Part shown: positions 1 through 12,878 of the stretch, one piece after another | Layout: every line of letters starts with the position of its first letter | How positions within the stretch are numbered: the stretch's first letter is position 1 | From: an uncultured Aquificales bacterium | Lineage (GTDB): Bacteria > Thermosulfidibacterota > Thermosulfidibacteria > Thermosulfidibacterales > Thermosulfidibacteraceae | Reading direction: 5' to 3' | Assembly (NCBI GenBank): GCA_964453345.1 | Contig: CAYVOC010000025.1 | Coordinates: 1-20,073 of the forward strand | Length of the DNA stretch: 20,073 nt | Translations under genes and position numbers: made by a program | The notes under the pieces: model-generated | Seen by the model: the letters and a program-made list of their open reading frames with translations, nothing else | What the model was told of the DNA's origin: nothing | The model's database searches: none

Positions 1-1315
1 ATAGATCGTTCTCTATCCGTATGAGGGTGGTTTTGCCTCCCACTATGGGCAGGGAGTCTATTTCCGATACGGCTGCCTGCATACGCTTTTCTTCAGCTTC
101 ATGAGTGGTCATTACTATGGGGACGTGTCCGAGCTGCTTTCGCCCTTTCTGTATGACCGATTCTATGCTTATCTGGTATTTGCCCAAGATTCCGGCTATC
201 TGGGAAAGAACTCCTGGTCTGTCTATGGCGGAAAATCTTAAGTAATACTTGCTTGTGATGGATTCTGTGGGCTTTACCCTGATTTTTCCCGTTTTGGGGA
301 AGCTCAGATCTTTATTCTGCCCGGTGCTGCCCGATGCTATCTTTTTTGCTATGTCTATTATATCTGCGACCACGGCGGATGCAGTGGGCATCATCCCTGC
401 GCCCATCCCGTAGAACATGGTGTGTCCAACTATATCTCCGTATACGCTGAGGGCGTTGTAGGCTCCCTTTACGGTTGCAAGGGACGAGTCCTGGGGAATG
501 AGGGTGGGGTGCACCCTAATTTCAGCCTCCTCTTCGTCTCCCTTTATTATGGCGAGCAGCTTTATCCTGTATCCCAGATCCTTGGCGAAGGTGACATCAA
601 GATGAGAGATCTTTGATATGCCCTCCACATACACGTCCTCGAATTTAAATAGGGCACCGAAGGCGAGGGATGCGAGAATGGCGGCTTTGTGAGCCGCATC
701 TATACCCTCTATGTCGAGGGTGGGATCCGCCTCTGCATAGCCCTTCTGCTGGGCGAGCTTCAAGGCCTCTTCGAAGTTAAGCTGTTCGTCCTCCATCTTT
801 GTCAGTATGTAGTTTGCCGTTCCGTTTATGATCCCGTGGATCCTTTTGATCCTGTTTGCCGCAAGACTCTCCTTTATCGCCTTTATTATGGGGATTCCCC
901 CGGCGACGCTGGCCTCAAAGCCTATCTCAACTCCCCTCTCCCGCGCCAAGGGGAATACTTCGCTCCCCTTTTCCGCAAGGAGGGCCTTGTTGGCGGTGAC
1001 GATGTGCTTGCCCCGGTTTATCGCCTCTGAGATTATGCGGTGGGCGGTGGTGGTTCCCCCGATGAGTTCAACCACTATGTCCACATCAGGATCTTCTAAA
1101 ACCTCTCTGTAGTCGGTGGTTGTGGGAAACTGCGAGAGATCCACGCCCCTGTCCCTTTCAAGGTCTATGTCGCAGATCCACCTTAGGTTCAGCCGTGTTC
1201 CTATTCTTTCGCTTATGAGGTTGCCGTTCTTCAGAAGGGTCTTTATCACTCCTGTTCCTATGGTGCCTGCCCCTATGAGGCCTATGTTCACACCTTTTTG
1301 GGAACGCTCACGCAT
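1..1315 (-). CDS. hom: Homoserine dehydrogenase with C-terminal ACT domain (stop codon cut by the left window edge)
   Basis: Not in the ORF track; translated by hand from ATG at 1315, preceded by AGGAGTGAGG (SD). It reads [23 protein letters not shown] (Rossmann GxGxxG), [71 protein letters not shown], then an ACT-like [14 protein letters not shown], ending ...TLIRIENDL. There are 438 open codons down to position 2. An alternative GTG start at 1291 overlaps the upstream TGA. Confidence 0.96.
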   Translation of the reverse strand, partial: MRERSQKGVNIGLIGAGTIGTGVIKTLLKNGNLISERIGTRLNLRWICDIDLERDRGVDLSQFPTTTDYREVLEDPDVDIVVELIGGTTTAHRIISEAINRGKHIVTANKALLAEKGSEVFPLARERGVEIGFEASVAGGIPIIKAIKESLAANRIKRIHGIINGTANYILTKMEDEQLNFEEALKLAQQKGYAEADPTLDIEGIDAAHKAAILASLAFGALFKFEDVYVEGISKISHLDVTFAKDLGYRIKLLAIIKGDEEEAEIRVHPTLIPQDSSLATVKGAYNALSVYGDIVGHTMFYGMGAGMMPTASAVVADIIDIAKKIASGSTGQNKDLSFPKTGKIRVKPTESITSKYYLRFSAIDRPGVLSQIAGILGKYQISIESVIQKGRKQLGHVPIVMTTHEAEEKRMQAAVSEIDSLPIVGGKTTLIRIENDL

Positions 1316-2502
1316 TTCTTCCTCACTCCTAAGTTCAGGGCCTTTTTGATTCCTCTTATGGCCTGTCTGATCCTCTGCTCGTTTTCCACAAGGGCGAATC
1401 TCACATAGTTGTCCCCGTTGTATCCAAAGCCTATGCCGGGAGCCACCGCCACCTTTGCCTCCCTGAGCAGAAAGAGGGAGAACTCTAAGGATCCCATGTG
1501 CTTGTATTCGTCCGGGATCTCCGCCCACACAAACATGGTGCCCTTGGGCTTTTCCACCTTCCAGCCTATGCGGTTAAGACCTTCTACAAGAACATCCCTG
1601 CGCCTTCTGTAAATTTCCACTATCTCTTTAACGCAGTCCTGGGGACCGTTCAGGGCGATTATGGCCGCTATCTGTATGGGCTGAAAGATGCCGTAGTCGT
1701 AGTAGCTTTTGAGCCTGGCGAGGGCCTCTATGGTCTTTGCGTTGCCGCAGACGAAGCCCACCCTCCATCCCGCCATGCTGTAGCTTTTGGACATGGAGAA
1801 GATTTCCACCGCCACATCCTTGGCGCCTGGAACCTGTAGTATGCTTGGGGCGACATACCCGTCGAAGGTGATATCAGCGTAGGCGAAATCGTGTATGACC
1901 AGTATGTTGTGCTCCCTTGCGAAGTCCACAACTTTTTTGAAAAACTCAAGATCCACCACGGTGGTGGTGGGGTTGTGGGGAAAGCTGAGAATCAATACTT
2001 CCGGCACGGGCCAGGTCTGCTTTATGGCTTCCATCATGTTTTCAAAAAAATCGCTGTCCGGGGACAGGGGAACGGTTCTTATGTCGCCTCCGGCTATGAT
2101 GGAGCAGTAGGTGTGAATGGGGTAGGTGGGGGTTGGGACCAGCGCTATGTCCCCCGGTCTTATCACTGCAAGCGTGAGATGGGCTATGGCCTCCTTTGCG
2201 CCGATGGTTACGATGGCTTCCCTTTCGGGATCTATCTCAACATCGAACCTTCTTTTATACCAGTTGGCTATGGCCTCCCTCAGCTTGTATATGCCCCTTG
2301 AAGCCGAGTATCTGTGGTTTTTGGGGTTCTGCGCCGCTTCAATGAGCTTATCGACTATGTGCTTGGGGGTGGGAAGATCCGGGTTGCCCATGCCCAGATC
2401 TATGATGTCCTCGCCCCTTCTTCTGGCCTGGTATTTTAACTCGTTTACCATGGCAAAGACATAGGGCGGCAGTCTCTTTATCCTCAAAAATTCCCTTTCC
2501 AT
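1288..2502 (-). CDS. alaC: PLP-dependent class I/II aminotransferase, AlaC (YfdZ)-like alanine transaminase
   Basis: 404 aa. N-terminus [10 protein letters not shown]...[44 protein letters not shown] and PLP-lysine motif [21 protein letters not shown] lies upstream. Position directly upstream of hom is the usual alaC context. Substrate specificity is inferred. Confidence 0.85.
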   Translation of the reverse strand: MEREFLRIKRLPPYVFAMVNELKYQARRRGEDIIDLGMGNPDLPTPKHIVDKLIEAAQNPKNHRYSASRGIYKLREAIANWYKRRFDVEIDPEREAIVTIGAKEAIAHLTLAVIRPGDIALVPTPTYPIHTYCSIIAGGDIRTVPLSPDSDFFENMMEAIKQTWPVPEVLILSFPHNPTTTVVDLEFFKKVVDFAREHNILVIHDFAYADITFDGYVAPSILQVPGAKDVAVEIFSMSKSYSMAGWRVGFVCGNAKTIEALARLKSYYDYGIFQPIQIAAIIALNGPQDCVKEIVEIYRRRRDVLVEGLNRIGWKVEKPKGTMFVWAEIPDEYKHMGSLEFSLFLLREAKVAVAPGIGFGYNGDNYVRFALVENEQRIRQAIRGIKKALNLGVRKKCVSVPKKV

Positions 2503-2528
2503 AAAACCTGCCTCCGAAGGGGTGATAG

Positions 2529-2561
2529 TTGCAAGGATATATATTTTGTGCCTATTTTCAA
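2529..2561. promoter_or_regulatory. Putative overlapping divergent sigma70-type promoters for prmC (+) and alaC (-)
   Basis: AT-rich 65-bp gap. Plus strand: TTGCAA(2529-2534)-18 bp-TATTTT(2553-2558). Minus strand: TTGAAA(2561-2556)-16 bp-TATCCT(2539-2534). Confidence 0.45.
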
Positions 2562-2567
2562 GAAGCC

Positions 2568-3431
2568 ATGGAGAAAAAGGTCTGGACCGTTAAGGATGTG
2601 CTGGATTGGACTGTGAGATACCTGACCCAGAAGGGGATGGAGTCCCCGCGGCAGGATGTTGAATACATGCTCTCTTATGTGCTCAAGACCAGCAGGCTCA
2701 ACCTCTACATGCAGCTTGATAGGCCCATGAACAGATCGGAGCTGAATCTTTTTAAAAGCTTGGTGAAAAGAAGACTCAAAAGGGAGCCCCTTCAGTATAT
2801 AACCGGTGTCGCATACCTGTGGAAGTATGAGTTTCTGGTTGACAGGGGCGTTTTTATACCGAGAAGGGAGACGGAAACCCTCATAGAGGTGGCCATCTCA
2901 GCGCTCAGGTCCCTTGAGCGCCCCCTTGTGGTTGATGTGGGAACGGGCACAGGTTGCGTTCTTATATCGGTGGCGAGGGACTTGGAGGATGTTAGGGGCG
3001 TGGGGGTGGACATTTCTAAGGTGGCTTTGGAACTCTTTGTTAAAAACGCTTCAAGGCTGAGGGTGCTGGATAGGGTCTGGCCCCTCAGGGGGGATTGTCT
3101 TGATCCCTTCAGGGATGAGGTTTTTGATGCTGTTCTTTCAAATCCTCCCTATGTCAAAAGCGATGAGATAGAGTCCCTGCAGGAGGAGATCTCAAGATAC
3201 GAGCCGAGGGAGGCCCTTGATGGTGGTAAGGATGGACTGGTCTTCATAAGGAGGCTGGTTAAGGAGGCCTTTCGGGTCCTTAGGCCCGGAGGCTTTTTTG
3301 CCCTTGAGGTGGGGGCCGGACAGTCGAGGGCGGTTGAGTATTTCATGAAGAGGGTCGGTTTTGTTAAAATAGATGTGAACAGGGATCTATCAGGGATAGA
3401 GAGGGTGGTTTCGGGATGGAAGCCCTTGTGA
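2568..3431 (+). CDS. prmC: Release factor glutamine N5-methyltransferase (HemK/PrmC)
   Basis: Motifs [23 protein letters not shown]-binding [26 protein letters not shown]. Start moved to the in-frame ATG at 2568 (MEKKVWTV...), because the TTG at 2529 lies in the putative promoter. Confidence 0.95.
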   Translation: MEKKVWTVKDVLDWTVRYLTQKGMESPRQDVEYMLSYVLKTSRLNLYMQLDRPMNRSELNLFKSLVKRRLKREPLQYITGVAYLWKYEFLVDRGVFIPRRETETLIEVAISALRSLERPLVVDVGTGTGCVLISVARDLEDVRGVGVDISKVALELFVKNASRLRVLDRVWPLRGDCLDPFRDEVFDAVLSNPPYVKSDEIESLQEEISRYEPREALDGGKDGLVFIRRLVKEAFRVLRPGGFFALEVGAGQSRAVEYFMKRVGFVKIDVNRDLSGIERVVSGWKPL

Positions 3432-4666
3432 TCGAGGGGGGAAGAAGGCTGAAGGGTGAAGTTTCAGTAAGCGGCGCCAAAAATGCGGTTCTGCCCATTA
3501 TGGCTGCTTCTTTGCTCACCGATGAGGAGTGCATTGTGAAGAACGTTCCAGATCTAAGGGATGTCAGAACCATGGTGGCCCTCCTTGAGAGGCTGGGGGT
3601 GGAGGTGGACTGGAGGCCTGGGGTCCTGAGGCTTAGGGCATCAAGAATAGAAGAGCCTGTGGCCCCCTACGAGCTTGTGAAGACCATGAGGGCTTCGGTT
3701 CTGGTGCTGGGACCCCTTGTGGCCAGGGAGGGATACGCCAAGGTCTCCCTGCCCGGAGGGTGCGCCATAGGGGAAAGGCCCATAGACCTTCACATAAAGG
3801 GATTGCAGCAGCTTGGAGCTGAGGTGTGGCTTGAGCATGGGTATGTGGTGGCGAGGGCGGGCAGGTTGAAGGGGAACGTCTATCTGTTTGATAAGATAAC
3901 CGTTACCGGGACCGAGAATATTCTGATGGCGGCGGTTCTTGCCCATGGCGAGACCATCCTTGAGAATGTGGCCCAGGAGCCGGAGGTGTGGGATCTTGTG
4001 GAGGTTTTGAGGAAGATGGGGGCGAAGATCACCAAGCTTGACGGCGCCCTTAAGGTGGAGGGGGTGGATAGGCTGTCCGGTTTTGAGCACGAAGTGATGC
4101 CCGATCGCATTGAGGCTGCCACCTTTCTTATAGCCGGGGCCATGGTGGGCGATGAGGTCGTTGTTAAGGGGGCTGTTAAGGAACACATGGTTGCCGTTTT
4201 GACCAAGCTTTCCCAGTGCGGTGTGAGAATAGAGGAGGTGGATGGAGGCCTGAAGGTTTACGGATGCGAAAATATAAGGGCGGTTGATATGGAGACCTTC
4301 CCCTATCCCGGGTTTCCCACGGATGTTCAGGCCCAGTATATGGCCATGATGTGCATAGCGGACGGCACCTCCGTCATCACGGAGAACATCTTTGAAAGAA
4401 GGTTTATGCATGTGGCGGAACTCCGCAGGATGGGGGCGGACATAACCGTTGAGGGCAACAGGGCGGTTGTGAGGGGGGTGGACAGGCTCATCGGTGCACC
4501 CGTGATGGCGAGCGATCTTAGGGCGAGCTCCTCCTTGGTGCTTGCGGGGCTTGTTGCCCAGGGGAAGACCACGGTTTCCAGGATTTACCATCTTGACAGG
4601 GGCTACGAGAAGTTTGATGAAAAGCTTACCCGGCTCGGGGCGGCTATAAAAAGGATCAGGGAGTAG
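3416..4666 (+). CDS. murA: UDP-N-acetylglucosamine 1-carboxyvinyltransferase
   Basis: [20 protein letters not shown], active-site loop [11 protein letters not shown] (Cys present), [32 protein letters not shown]; 416 aa. Confidence 0.98.
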   Translation: MEALVIEGGRRLKGEVSVSGAKNAVLPIMAASLLTDEECIVKNVPDLRDVRTMVALLERLGVEVDWRPGVLRLRASRIEEPVAPYELVKTMRASVLVLGPLVAREGYAKVSLPGGCAIGERPIDLHIKGLQQLGAEVWLEHGYVVARAGRLKGNVYLFDKITVTGTENILMAAVLAHGETILENVAQEPEVWDLVEVLRKMGAKITKLDGALKVEGVDRLSGFEHEVMPDRIEAATFLIAGAMVGDEVVVKGAVKEHMVAVLTKLSQCGVRIEEVDGGLKVYGCENIRAVDMETFPYPGFPTDVQAQYMAMMCIADGTSVITENIFERRFMHVAELRRMGADITVEGNRAVVRGVDRLIGAPVMASDLRASSSLVLAGLVAQGKTTVSRIYHLDRGYEKFDEKLTRLGAAIKRIRE

Positions 4667-4669
4667 GCT

Positions 4670-5293
4670 ATGCTGAAGATAGCTCTCGCTAAGGGGAGGC
4701 TGCTCGATCATACAATAGAGCTTTTTAAAGGGGCGGGGTTTGATATATCGGCCGTAAAGAGGGAGAAGAGAAAACTGAAATTTGTGTTCGAGGAGCTTGG
4801 CTTAGAGGCCATGATCGTGAAGCCCATGGATGTGACCACCTATGTGGAGTATGGCGTTGCGGATGTGGGGATTGCTGGCAAGGATGTGATAGTGGAGAAC
4901 AGGGCCGATGTCTATGAGCCGCTGGATCTGGGATTCGGCTACTGCAGGATGGTGGTTGCCCAGCCTAAGGATCTTGAGCTTCCTCCCTTCGGGGTGGGGC
5001 TGAAGGTTGCTACTAAGTATCCGAGAATCGCTGAGAGGTTTTACGGTAAGAGGGGGATTCCGGTAGAGATCATCCACCTTTACGGATCGGTTGAACTTGC
5101 ACCCCTTGTGGGCCTGGCCCATCAGATAGTTGATCTCGTTGAAACGGGCACAACCCTGAGAGAGAATGGCCTCGTTGAGGTTGAAACGATCTTTGAGGTT
5201 ACGGCGCGCCTCATTGTCAATCGCTCCAGCATGAGGGTCAAATACCAAGAGATAAATCGCTTTATGGATCGGATAGAAGCCGCCCTCAGCTAA
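4670..5293 (+). CDS. hisG: ATP phosphoribosyltransferase, short form (HisZ-dependent)
   Basis: IALAKGRL, ADVGIAGKDV, VATKYP, GSVELAPLVGLA...IVDLVETGTTLRENGL. At 207 aa it lacks the C-terminal regulatory domain of the long form. Confidence 0.97.
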   Translation: MLKIALAKGRLLDHTIELFKGAGFDISAVKREKRKLKFVFEELGLEAMIVKPMDVTTYVEYGVADVGIAGKDVIVENRADVYEPLDLGFGYCRMVVAQPKDLELPPFGVGLKVATKYPRIAERFYGKRGIPVEIIHLYGSVELAPLVGLAHQIVDLVETGTTLRENGLVEVETIFEVTARLIVNRSSMRVKYQEINRFMDRIEAALS

Positions 5294-5308
5294 ATGGGTG
5301 TGTGTAGG

Positions 5309-5506
5309 CTACTTGCCTTCCTCCTTTTCGGCTTCGGTGGAGGTGGTGTTTGCAGGGGGTAGTTCAAAGTCTTCTCTGGCGGCCCGTCTGAATTCTTTAA
5401 GGGCTTCGCCGAGGCCTCTGGCGAATTCTGGAAGCTTTTTGGCACCGAAAAGAATCATTACAACGATGAATATAAGCAGCAGTTCCGAAAAGCCTATGCC
5501 TCCCAT
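5309..5506 (-). CDS. tatA: Twin-arginine translocase subunit TatA/E
   Basis: MGGIGFSELLLIFIVVMILFGAKKLPEFARGLGEALKEFRRA: short TM helix, FG hinge, amphipathic helix, charged tail. Strong SD GGGAGGTG upstream. Confidence 0.95.
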   Translation of the reverse strand: MGGIGFSELLLIFIVVMILFGAKKLPEFARGLGEALKEFRRAAREDFELPPANTTSTEAEKEEGK

Positions 5507-5525
5507 GGCGCACCTCCCTGCTGGC

Positions 5526-8234
<2,709 letters not shown>

Positions 8235-8238
<4 letters not shown>

Positions 8239-9140
8239 ATTTTGTGCCCGTATCCCCTCAGAAAACTTGCAACATCCATAACTCTTTTGCCTTCGGGCTG
8301 TATCTCAAGGATCTCCACGCTCTTTTCTCCGCAGGCTATCTTCAGTATACCCCTTTTTATGTCTTTCACAAGAATGCTGCCCGGTTCTCCTTCCCCTTCG
8401 CTCAGCCTGGTTTTGTATATCTTGAATCTGTTTCCGGATATGAAGGCCTGGGCGCCGGGTTTGGGGGAGAGGGCCCTTACCAGGTTGTGGATCCTTTCGG
8501 CTGGCTCTTTCCAGTCTATGACCGTCTCTTCCTTGGTTATGGGTTCTGCGTAGGTGGCTTTATCCTCATCCTGGGGAATTCTTGGGGCTTCTCCCCTTTC
8601 CAGAAGCTGCAGGGCTTTTACAGTGAGGCGGGCGGACATTTTTGATAGCCTATCGTGGAGGCTTCCGTAATTCTCTTCGGGATCTATGGGTGTGCTTTCC
8701 TGTAGGAGTATGTCTCCCGCATCAAGCCTTTCGTTCATCCACATTATGGTTACTCCGGTTTCCCTTTCCCCGTTCATTATGGCCCTCTGTATGGGGGCGG
8801 CTCCCCTGTATTTGGGCAGAAGGGATGGATGGATGTTTATGGGACCTATTTTGGGGATTTCAAGTATGCTTTTGGGTATTATCTGCCCGTAGGATACCAC
8901 AAGAAGCACATCCGGTTGGATTTTTCTGATTGCGTCTTCGGCTTCGGAGATCCTTTCCGGCTGGATTATCCTCAGTCCGAGCCTCTGGGCCGCCTCCTTT
9001 ATGGGGGTGGGGGAGAGCTTTCTGCCCCTTCCCTTAGGTCTGTCGGGCTGGGTGATCACCAAGGGTATCTCGTGTTTTTCCGCAAGTTCTTCCAGCACGG
9101 GAATCCCGAATTCCGATGTTCCCACAAACACAATCCTCAT
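8235..9140 (-). CDS. fmt: Methionyl-tRNA formyltransferase
   Basis: MRIVFVGTSEF, VITQPDRPKGRG, INIHPSLLPKYRGAAPIQRAI, LDAGDI, EIQPEGKRVM. SD AGGAGG upstream. Confidence 0.98.
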
Positions 9141-9151
9141 GGTTTATCCTC

Positions 9152-9850
9152 CTATTGCTTGAACCAGCTTACCCTCGGGTTGTTTTTGAAAAAGACCCTT
9201 TCGTCGGGGTTGACCTTCACCACAACCCTCTCCTCTAAGGTGTCCACGAGAAGCTGTCCCTCGCCGGAGTCCGAGGATATTTCCCCCTCAAGATGGGTGC
9301 TTGACAGGATCACTTCTCCTTCACCCGATGCAAGTATCTCATCTCCCCTCTCTTCGATATTCCCTTCTTTGGCTATAAAGCTCAGAAAGTGCTCCTTGGG
9401 AATGGAGAGCTTTCCCTCCATTCTCAGCCTCACTATGTCGGTGTCCGCTGCGGTTGCAGCAGGCTGCAGGCCTTCTTCGGTGGTTGCCTCTTCCGGATGG
9501 GGTTCTTCCGGGATTTCAAGCTCCGGCTCCTCCCTTTTTACAGGTTCAGGAATGGCTTCCTTCAGTTCCTCAAAGCCTCCCCTGTCAAAGGCCTCCCTTG
9601 CGCATTCCATATCGCCGAGCCTGCGGCACACGACGCCGAGAAGAAAGAGTCCCTTTTTGTGTTCCGGGTTCATCTCCAGCAGCTTTTCGAGGTATGTTTT
9701 TGCCTCCTCAAGCTGGTTCATCCTGTATAGGGCAAGGGCTATGTTGAAAAGGGCGCTTTCGGTGGGATTCTCCCGGACCAGGTCCTCGAGGATCTGGTAG
9801 GCTTCCTCGTTTCTCCCTTCCTTCAGGAGCTGATACGCCTCTTTTTCCAT
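9152..9850 (-). CDS. Tetratricopeptide-repeat protein with acidic Pro-rich linker and unassigned C-terminal domain
   Basis: TPR-like helices (ALFNIALALYRMNQLEEAKTYLEKLLEMNPEH; GLFLLGVVCRRLGDMECAREAF), then an E/P-rich linker, then a beta-rich-looking tail. It fills the gap between cmk and fmt. Confidence 0.8.
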   Translation of the reverse strand: MEKEAYQLLKEGRNEEAYQILEDLVRENPTESALFNIALALYRMNQLEEAKTYLEKLLEMNPEHKKGLFLLGVVCRRLGDMECAREAFDRGGFEELKEAIPEPVKREEPELEIPEEPHPEEATTEEGLQPAATAADTDIVRLRMEGKLSIPKEHFLSFIAKEGNIEERGDEILASGEGEVILSSTHLEGEISSDSGEGQLLVDTLEERVVVKVNPDERVFFKNNPRVSWFKQ

Positions 9851-10497
9851 CCTTCCACAATTTTCAGGATTCTGTCCACAACCTCTTCCACGCCCATGTC
9901 GCTCGTGTCTATAATTATCGCATCCTCCGCCGGCTTTAAAGGCGCAGCGCTTCTTCGGGAGTCCTGCTCGTCCCTCTCTTTTATGCTCTTAAGTATCTCG
10001 TGGTAGTCCGCTTCTATCCCCCTTTCTTTAAGCTGAAGCCATCTTCTTCTTGCGCGAACCTCCGGTGATGCGGTCAAAAAGATCTTGACCTCCGCTTCGG
10101 GAAAGACAACGGTTCCCATATCCCTTCCCTCAGCCACGAGATCCTGTGAGGCAAAGCTCCTTTGAAGATCAAGAAGGGCCTCCCTTACCTTGGGGTGTCG
10201 GGAGACCCTGGATGCGGCCATGCCGATCTCCTCTGTTCTTATCCCTTGGCTTACATCCTCTCCGTTGAGGATAACCCTGATGCCGCGGGGGGTGTTTTCC
10301 ATCTGGATGTTGATCCTCTTTGCAAGCTCTGCCAGAGCCTCCTCGTCGTCCAAGGATACCCCTTTTTTTAGGGCGGCGTAGCCCAAGCATCTGTAGATGG
10401 CGCCTGTATCAAGATACAGAAAATTTAGCCTGTCGGCCACGAGCTTTGCCACGGTGCTTTTGCCCGATCCAGCCGGTCCGTCTATGGCTATTATCAA
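9823..10497 (-). CDS. cmk: Cytidylate kinase
   Basis: IAIDGPAGSGKSTVA (P-loop), YLDTGAIYR, EGRDMGTVVFP, KIFLTAS, RDEQDSRR..APL, IDTS. TTG start overlaps the upstream TGA, with SD GGAGGAG. Confidence 0.98.
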   Translation of the reverse strand: MIIAIDGPAGSGKSTVAKLVADRLNFLYLDTGAIYRCLGYAALKKGVSLDDEEALAELAKRINIQMENTPRGIRVILNGEDVSQGIRTEEIGMAASRVSRHPKVREALLDLQRSFASQDLVAEGRDMGTVVFPEAEVKIFLTASPEVRARRRWLQLKERGIEADYHEILKSIKERDEQDSRRSAAPLKPAEDAIIIDTSDMGVEEVVDRILKIVEGWKKRRISS

Positions 10498-12821
10498 CGC
10501 TTCTCCTCCTTTGAGGAGTATTTGTGCAGTTTTTCGAGGGATTCCCTGACCCTTTTGTGAACCTCATCGGGGGAGATCCCGAAGGCTATTTCAATGGCCT
10601 CATCCACGTGATTCACGGCGTGTATTTCAAAGTATCCTCTCTTCACGTCCTCCACCACGGCCCTGTCCAGCTGCAGGTTGTGTATGTTTCTTGAGGGGAT
10701 GATCATGCGCCCCTTTCTGTTAAGCCTTCTGCACACCCTGTGGAAGCCTTCTATCTTCTCGTTGATGCCCCCAACGGGCTGGACGTTGCCGAGCTGATCC
10801 ACGGATCCCGTCACGGCCGTGTTCTGCTTCAGGGGCAGACCGGATATGGCGGAGAGCACGCACAGAAGCTCGGCCAAGGTGGCGGAATCGCCTTCAATGG
10901 TTGAGTAGGATTGCTCAAAGGCTATGGATGCACAAAGGGACAGGGGCTGGTTTCTGCCGTATTGTTTTCCTAAGTATCCGGAGAGGGTGAGAATCGCCTT
11001 TTCGAAGATCTTGCCGGCAAGCTTCGTTTCCCTCTCAATACTGATCACCCCCTTGTTCCCGCAGTATACGGCGGCCGTTATCCTGACGGGCTTTCCGAAG
11101 CTGTAGTCCTCGTTTCCTATGATCGCCACGCCGTATATCTGACCGACCTTCTCGCCGTCAAGCTCAACTATTATGCTTCCATCGGCTATGGCGTCCGAGA
11201 GCACCTCCTGTAAGAGATCGGATCTGAAGACCTTTGACCTGACCGCCCTTTCCACATCCCTTCTATCTATTCTCTTTTTCCCGTTCCTTTGGGCTATGTA
11301 GTTTGCCTCTTTTAGGGTATCCAGCAGCCTATCCACCTGTAGCGAGAGCCTGTTTCTGTTCTCCGAAAGCCTCACGGAGGTCTCTATTATGGCGGCCACG
11401 GCTCCCGGGGAGAGGGGAAGAAGGTTCTGGGATTTGGCTATCTCCCTCATGGTGTGGGCAAAGAGCCTTCTGTTTTCGGGGGTGTTGGGAACGTAATCTG
11501 TGAACTCCGCCTTGACCTTAAAGAGCCGTGAGAACTCCGGATCCAGCAGGCCCAGAAGGGAGAAGGTTAGTCTGTCTCCCATGAGGATAACCTTTAGCTT
11601 CAGGGGTATGGGCTGGGGCTTGAAGAGGGAGGATACGGGCGGGGTGAAGCCGAGGTCCTCTAAGGGATGCTGGATGTTTATCTCCTTGTGCAGCAGCGCC
11701 TTTTTTAATGCGTGCCATACTCCGGGGTTTATTAGAACATCCCTTATTCTGAGGATGAGCACGCCCCCGTTTGCCTTGTGGATGCTTCCGGGAACTATCT
11801 GGGTGAAATCTGTCACATAGAGCCCGAACTCCGCCCGTGCTCCTATCTTGCCGAAGAGATTGCTGTAGGTGGGGTTCTTTTCGTAGACTAAGGGGGCGTG
11901 TTTGAGGTTGGAGTTGTCAACGATGACGTTGACCTCATACTTGGAGAGGCTCTTTTCAAGCTGCAGGGTAGCAAAGGGGTTGTCGGAGGAGGGAACCTGG
12001 AGGAACAGCTCAAGATTCTTTAGAATGTCCTCCTTCACCTGATCTATGTGTTTTCCCACCTCGGGAAGATCCCGATACTTTTCTTTAAGCTCCTCTATGT
12101 AGGTGTTTATGACAAAGAGGGCCACCTGTTCCCTCAGCTTTCTGAGTTCCCTGTTCATCTCCTTGTCGAGGTCCTTCATCCTTTTGAGGTAGTCGGCCAC
12201 TAAGGGATCTATCTCCCTTCTTTTGGTGTCCACAAACTCCCTGAGCCTCGGATCCGCCATGAGCTTCTCTTCGGGTATGAGCTGTCCGCCCATTAGAGGG
12301 AAGAGGGCTATCCCTGCGGGTGTGAACTTGACGGTGAAGCCCGCTATCTCCGCCATTCGGGTGAGCTGTTTAAACAGCTTTTCCTTTTCCGAGTTGTATT
12401 TTTCGGTTATCTCCTTGGCCCTTTCCTCGTAGTCCTTGCTTTCGAAGGCCTTGGGCAGCTCCTCCTTTATGTGCTGTATGAAGGACTTCATGTCCTCCTG
12501 CAGCCTTCTGCCCCTTCCGGGGGGGAGGGAGAGGGCCTTGGGGCTTTTGGGATCGTCAAAGTTGAAGAGATAACACCAGTCGGGCGGGACGGGGAGTTTC
12601 TTGACCTGCTGTTTGGCCTTGTTTAAGACAAGCCACTTTTTGCCCGTCCCTTCGGATCCGGCGACGTATATGTTGAAGCCCTCATCCTCCATCTCAAGAC
12701 CAAAGGCAAGGGCCTCCACGGCCCTCTTCTGGCTTTCGAGGGTTATGTCCCTTGGGGTGCCTCTGGAAGTCTGAAACCTGTCCGTGCATCTCCATCTGAG
12801 CCGGGATGCCTCGAGCCTCAT
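10494..12821 (-). CDS. Lon-family (S16) protease, LonC/YcbZ-like with degenerate AAA+ module
   Basis: RAVEALAFGL...GFNIYVAG, PDWCYLFNF..P..P, coiled-coil insertion, NPTYSNLFG, GSIHKANGG, KVGQIYG, FGKPVRITA, FEQSYSTIEGDSA (catalytic Ser) and GGINEKIEGF (Lys 43 residues later). Start moved to ATG 12821, which has SD AAGGAG; the track start at 12878 lies in the promoter region. Confidence 0.9.
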   Translation of the reverse strand: MRLEASRLRWRCTDRFQTSRGTPRDITLESQKRAVEALAFGLEMEDEGFNIYVAGSEGTGKKWLVLNKAKQQVKKLPVPPDWCYLFNFDDPKSPKALSLPPGRGRRLQEDMKSFIQHIKEELPKAFESKDYEERAKEITEKYNSEKEKLFKQLTRMAEIAGFTVKFTPAGIALFPLMGGQLIPEEKLMADPRLREFVDTKRREIDPLVADYLKRMKDLDKEMNRELRKLREQVALFVINTYIEELKEKYRDLPEVGKHIDQVKEDILKNLELFLQVPSSDNPFATLQLEKSLSKYEVNVIVDNSNLKHAPLVYEKNPTYSNLFGKIGARAEFGLYVTDFTQIVPGSIHKANGGVLILRIRDVLINPGVWHALKKALLHKEINIQHPLEDLGFTPPVSSLFKPQPIPLKLKVILMGDRLTFSLLGLLDPEFSRLFKVKAEFTDYVPNTPENRRLFAHTMREIAKSQNLLPLSPGAVAAIIETSVRLSENRNRLSLQVDRLLDTLKEANYIAQRNGKKRIDRRDVERAVRSKVFRSDLLQEVLSDAIADGSIIVELDGEKVGQIYGVAIIGNEDYSFGKPVRITAAVYCGNKGVISIERETKLAGKIFEKAILTLSGYLGKQYGRNQPLSLCASIAFEQSYSTIEGDSATLAELLCVLSAISGLPLKQNTAVTGSVDQLGNVQPVGGINEKIEGFHRVCRRLNRKGRMIIPSRNIHNLQLDRAVVEDVKRGYFEIHAVNHVDEAIEIAFGISPDEVHKRVRESLEKLHKYSSKEEKR

Positions 12822-12849
12822 GTGCGCTCCTTGATGCAAATTTTCCCCT

Positions 12850-12878
12850 ATGCTATGGATAAACCACCTTATAATCAA
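12850..12878. promoter_or_regulatory. Putative divergent promoters for the Lon-tatA block (-) and the phosphohexomutase-birA block (+)
   Basis: Minus strand TTGATT(12878-12873)-17 bp-TAGCAT(12855-12850). Plus strand has a perfect TATAAT at 12870-12875 but no clear -35. Confidence 0.5.

Noticed and set aside
422..1349. Four short plus-strand ORFs in the track
   Set aside because: The region is fully explained by hom on the minus strand, which the track missed because its stop codon lies outside the window.
3641..4711. 356-aa antisense ORF opposite murA
   Set aside because: Almost wholly overlaps a well-supported gene and has no motifs. Its His/Pro/Leu-rich composition is what reverse-complemented Val/Gly/Glu codons produce.
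5294..5308. Terminator between convergent hisG and tatA
   Set aside because: The gap is only 15 bp, with no convincing hairpin plus U-tract on either strand.
8829..9800. 323-aa plus-strand ORF opposite fmt and the TPR gene
   Set aside because: Ser/Phe-rich shadow frame of Glu/Lys-rich genes, with no recognisable domain.
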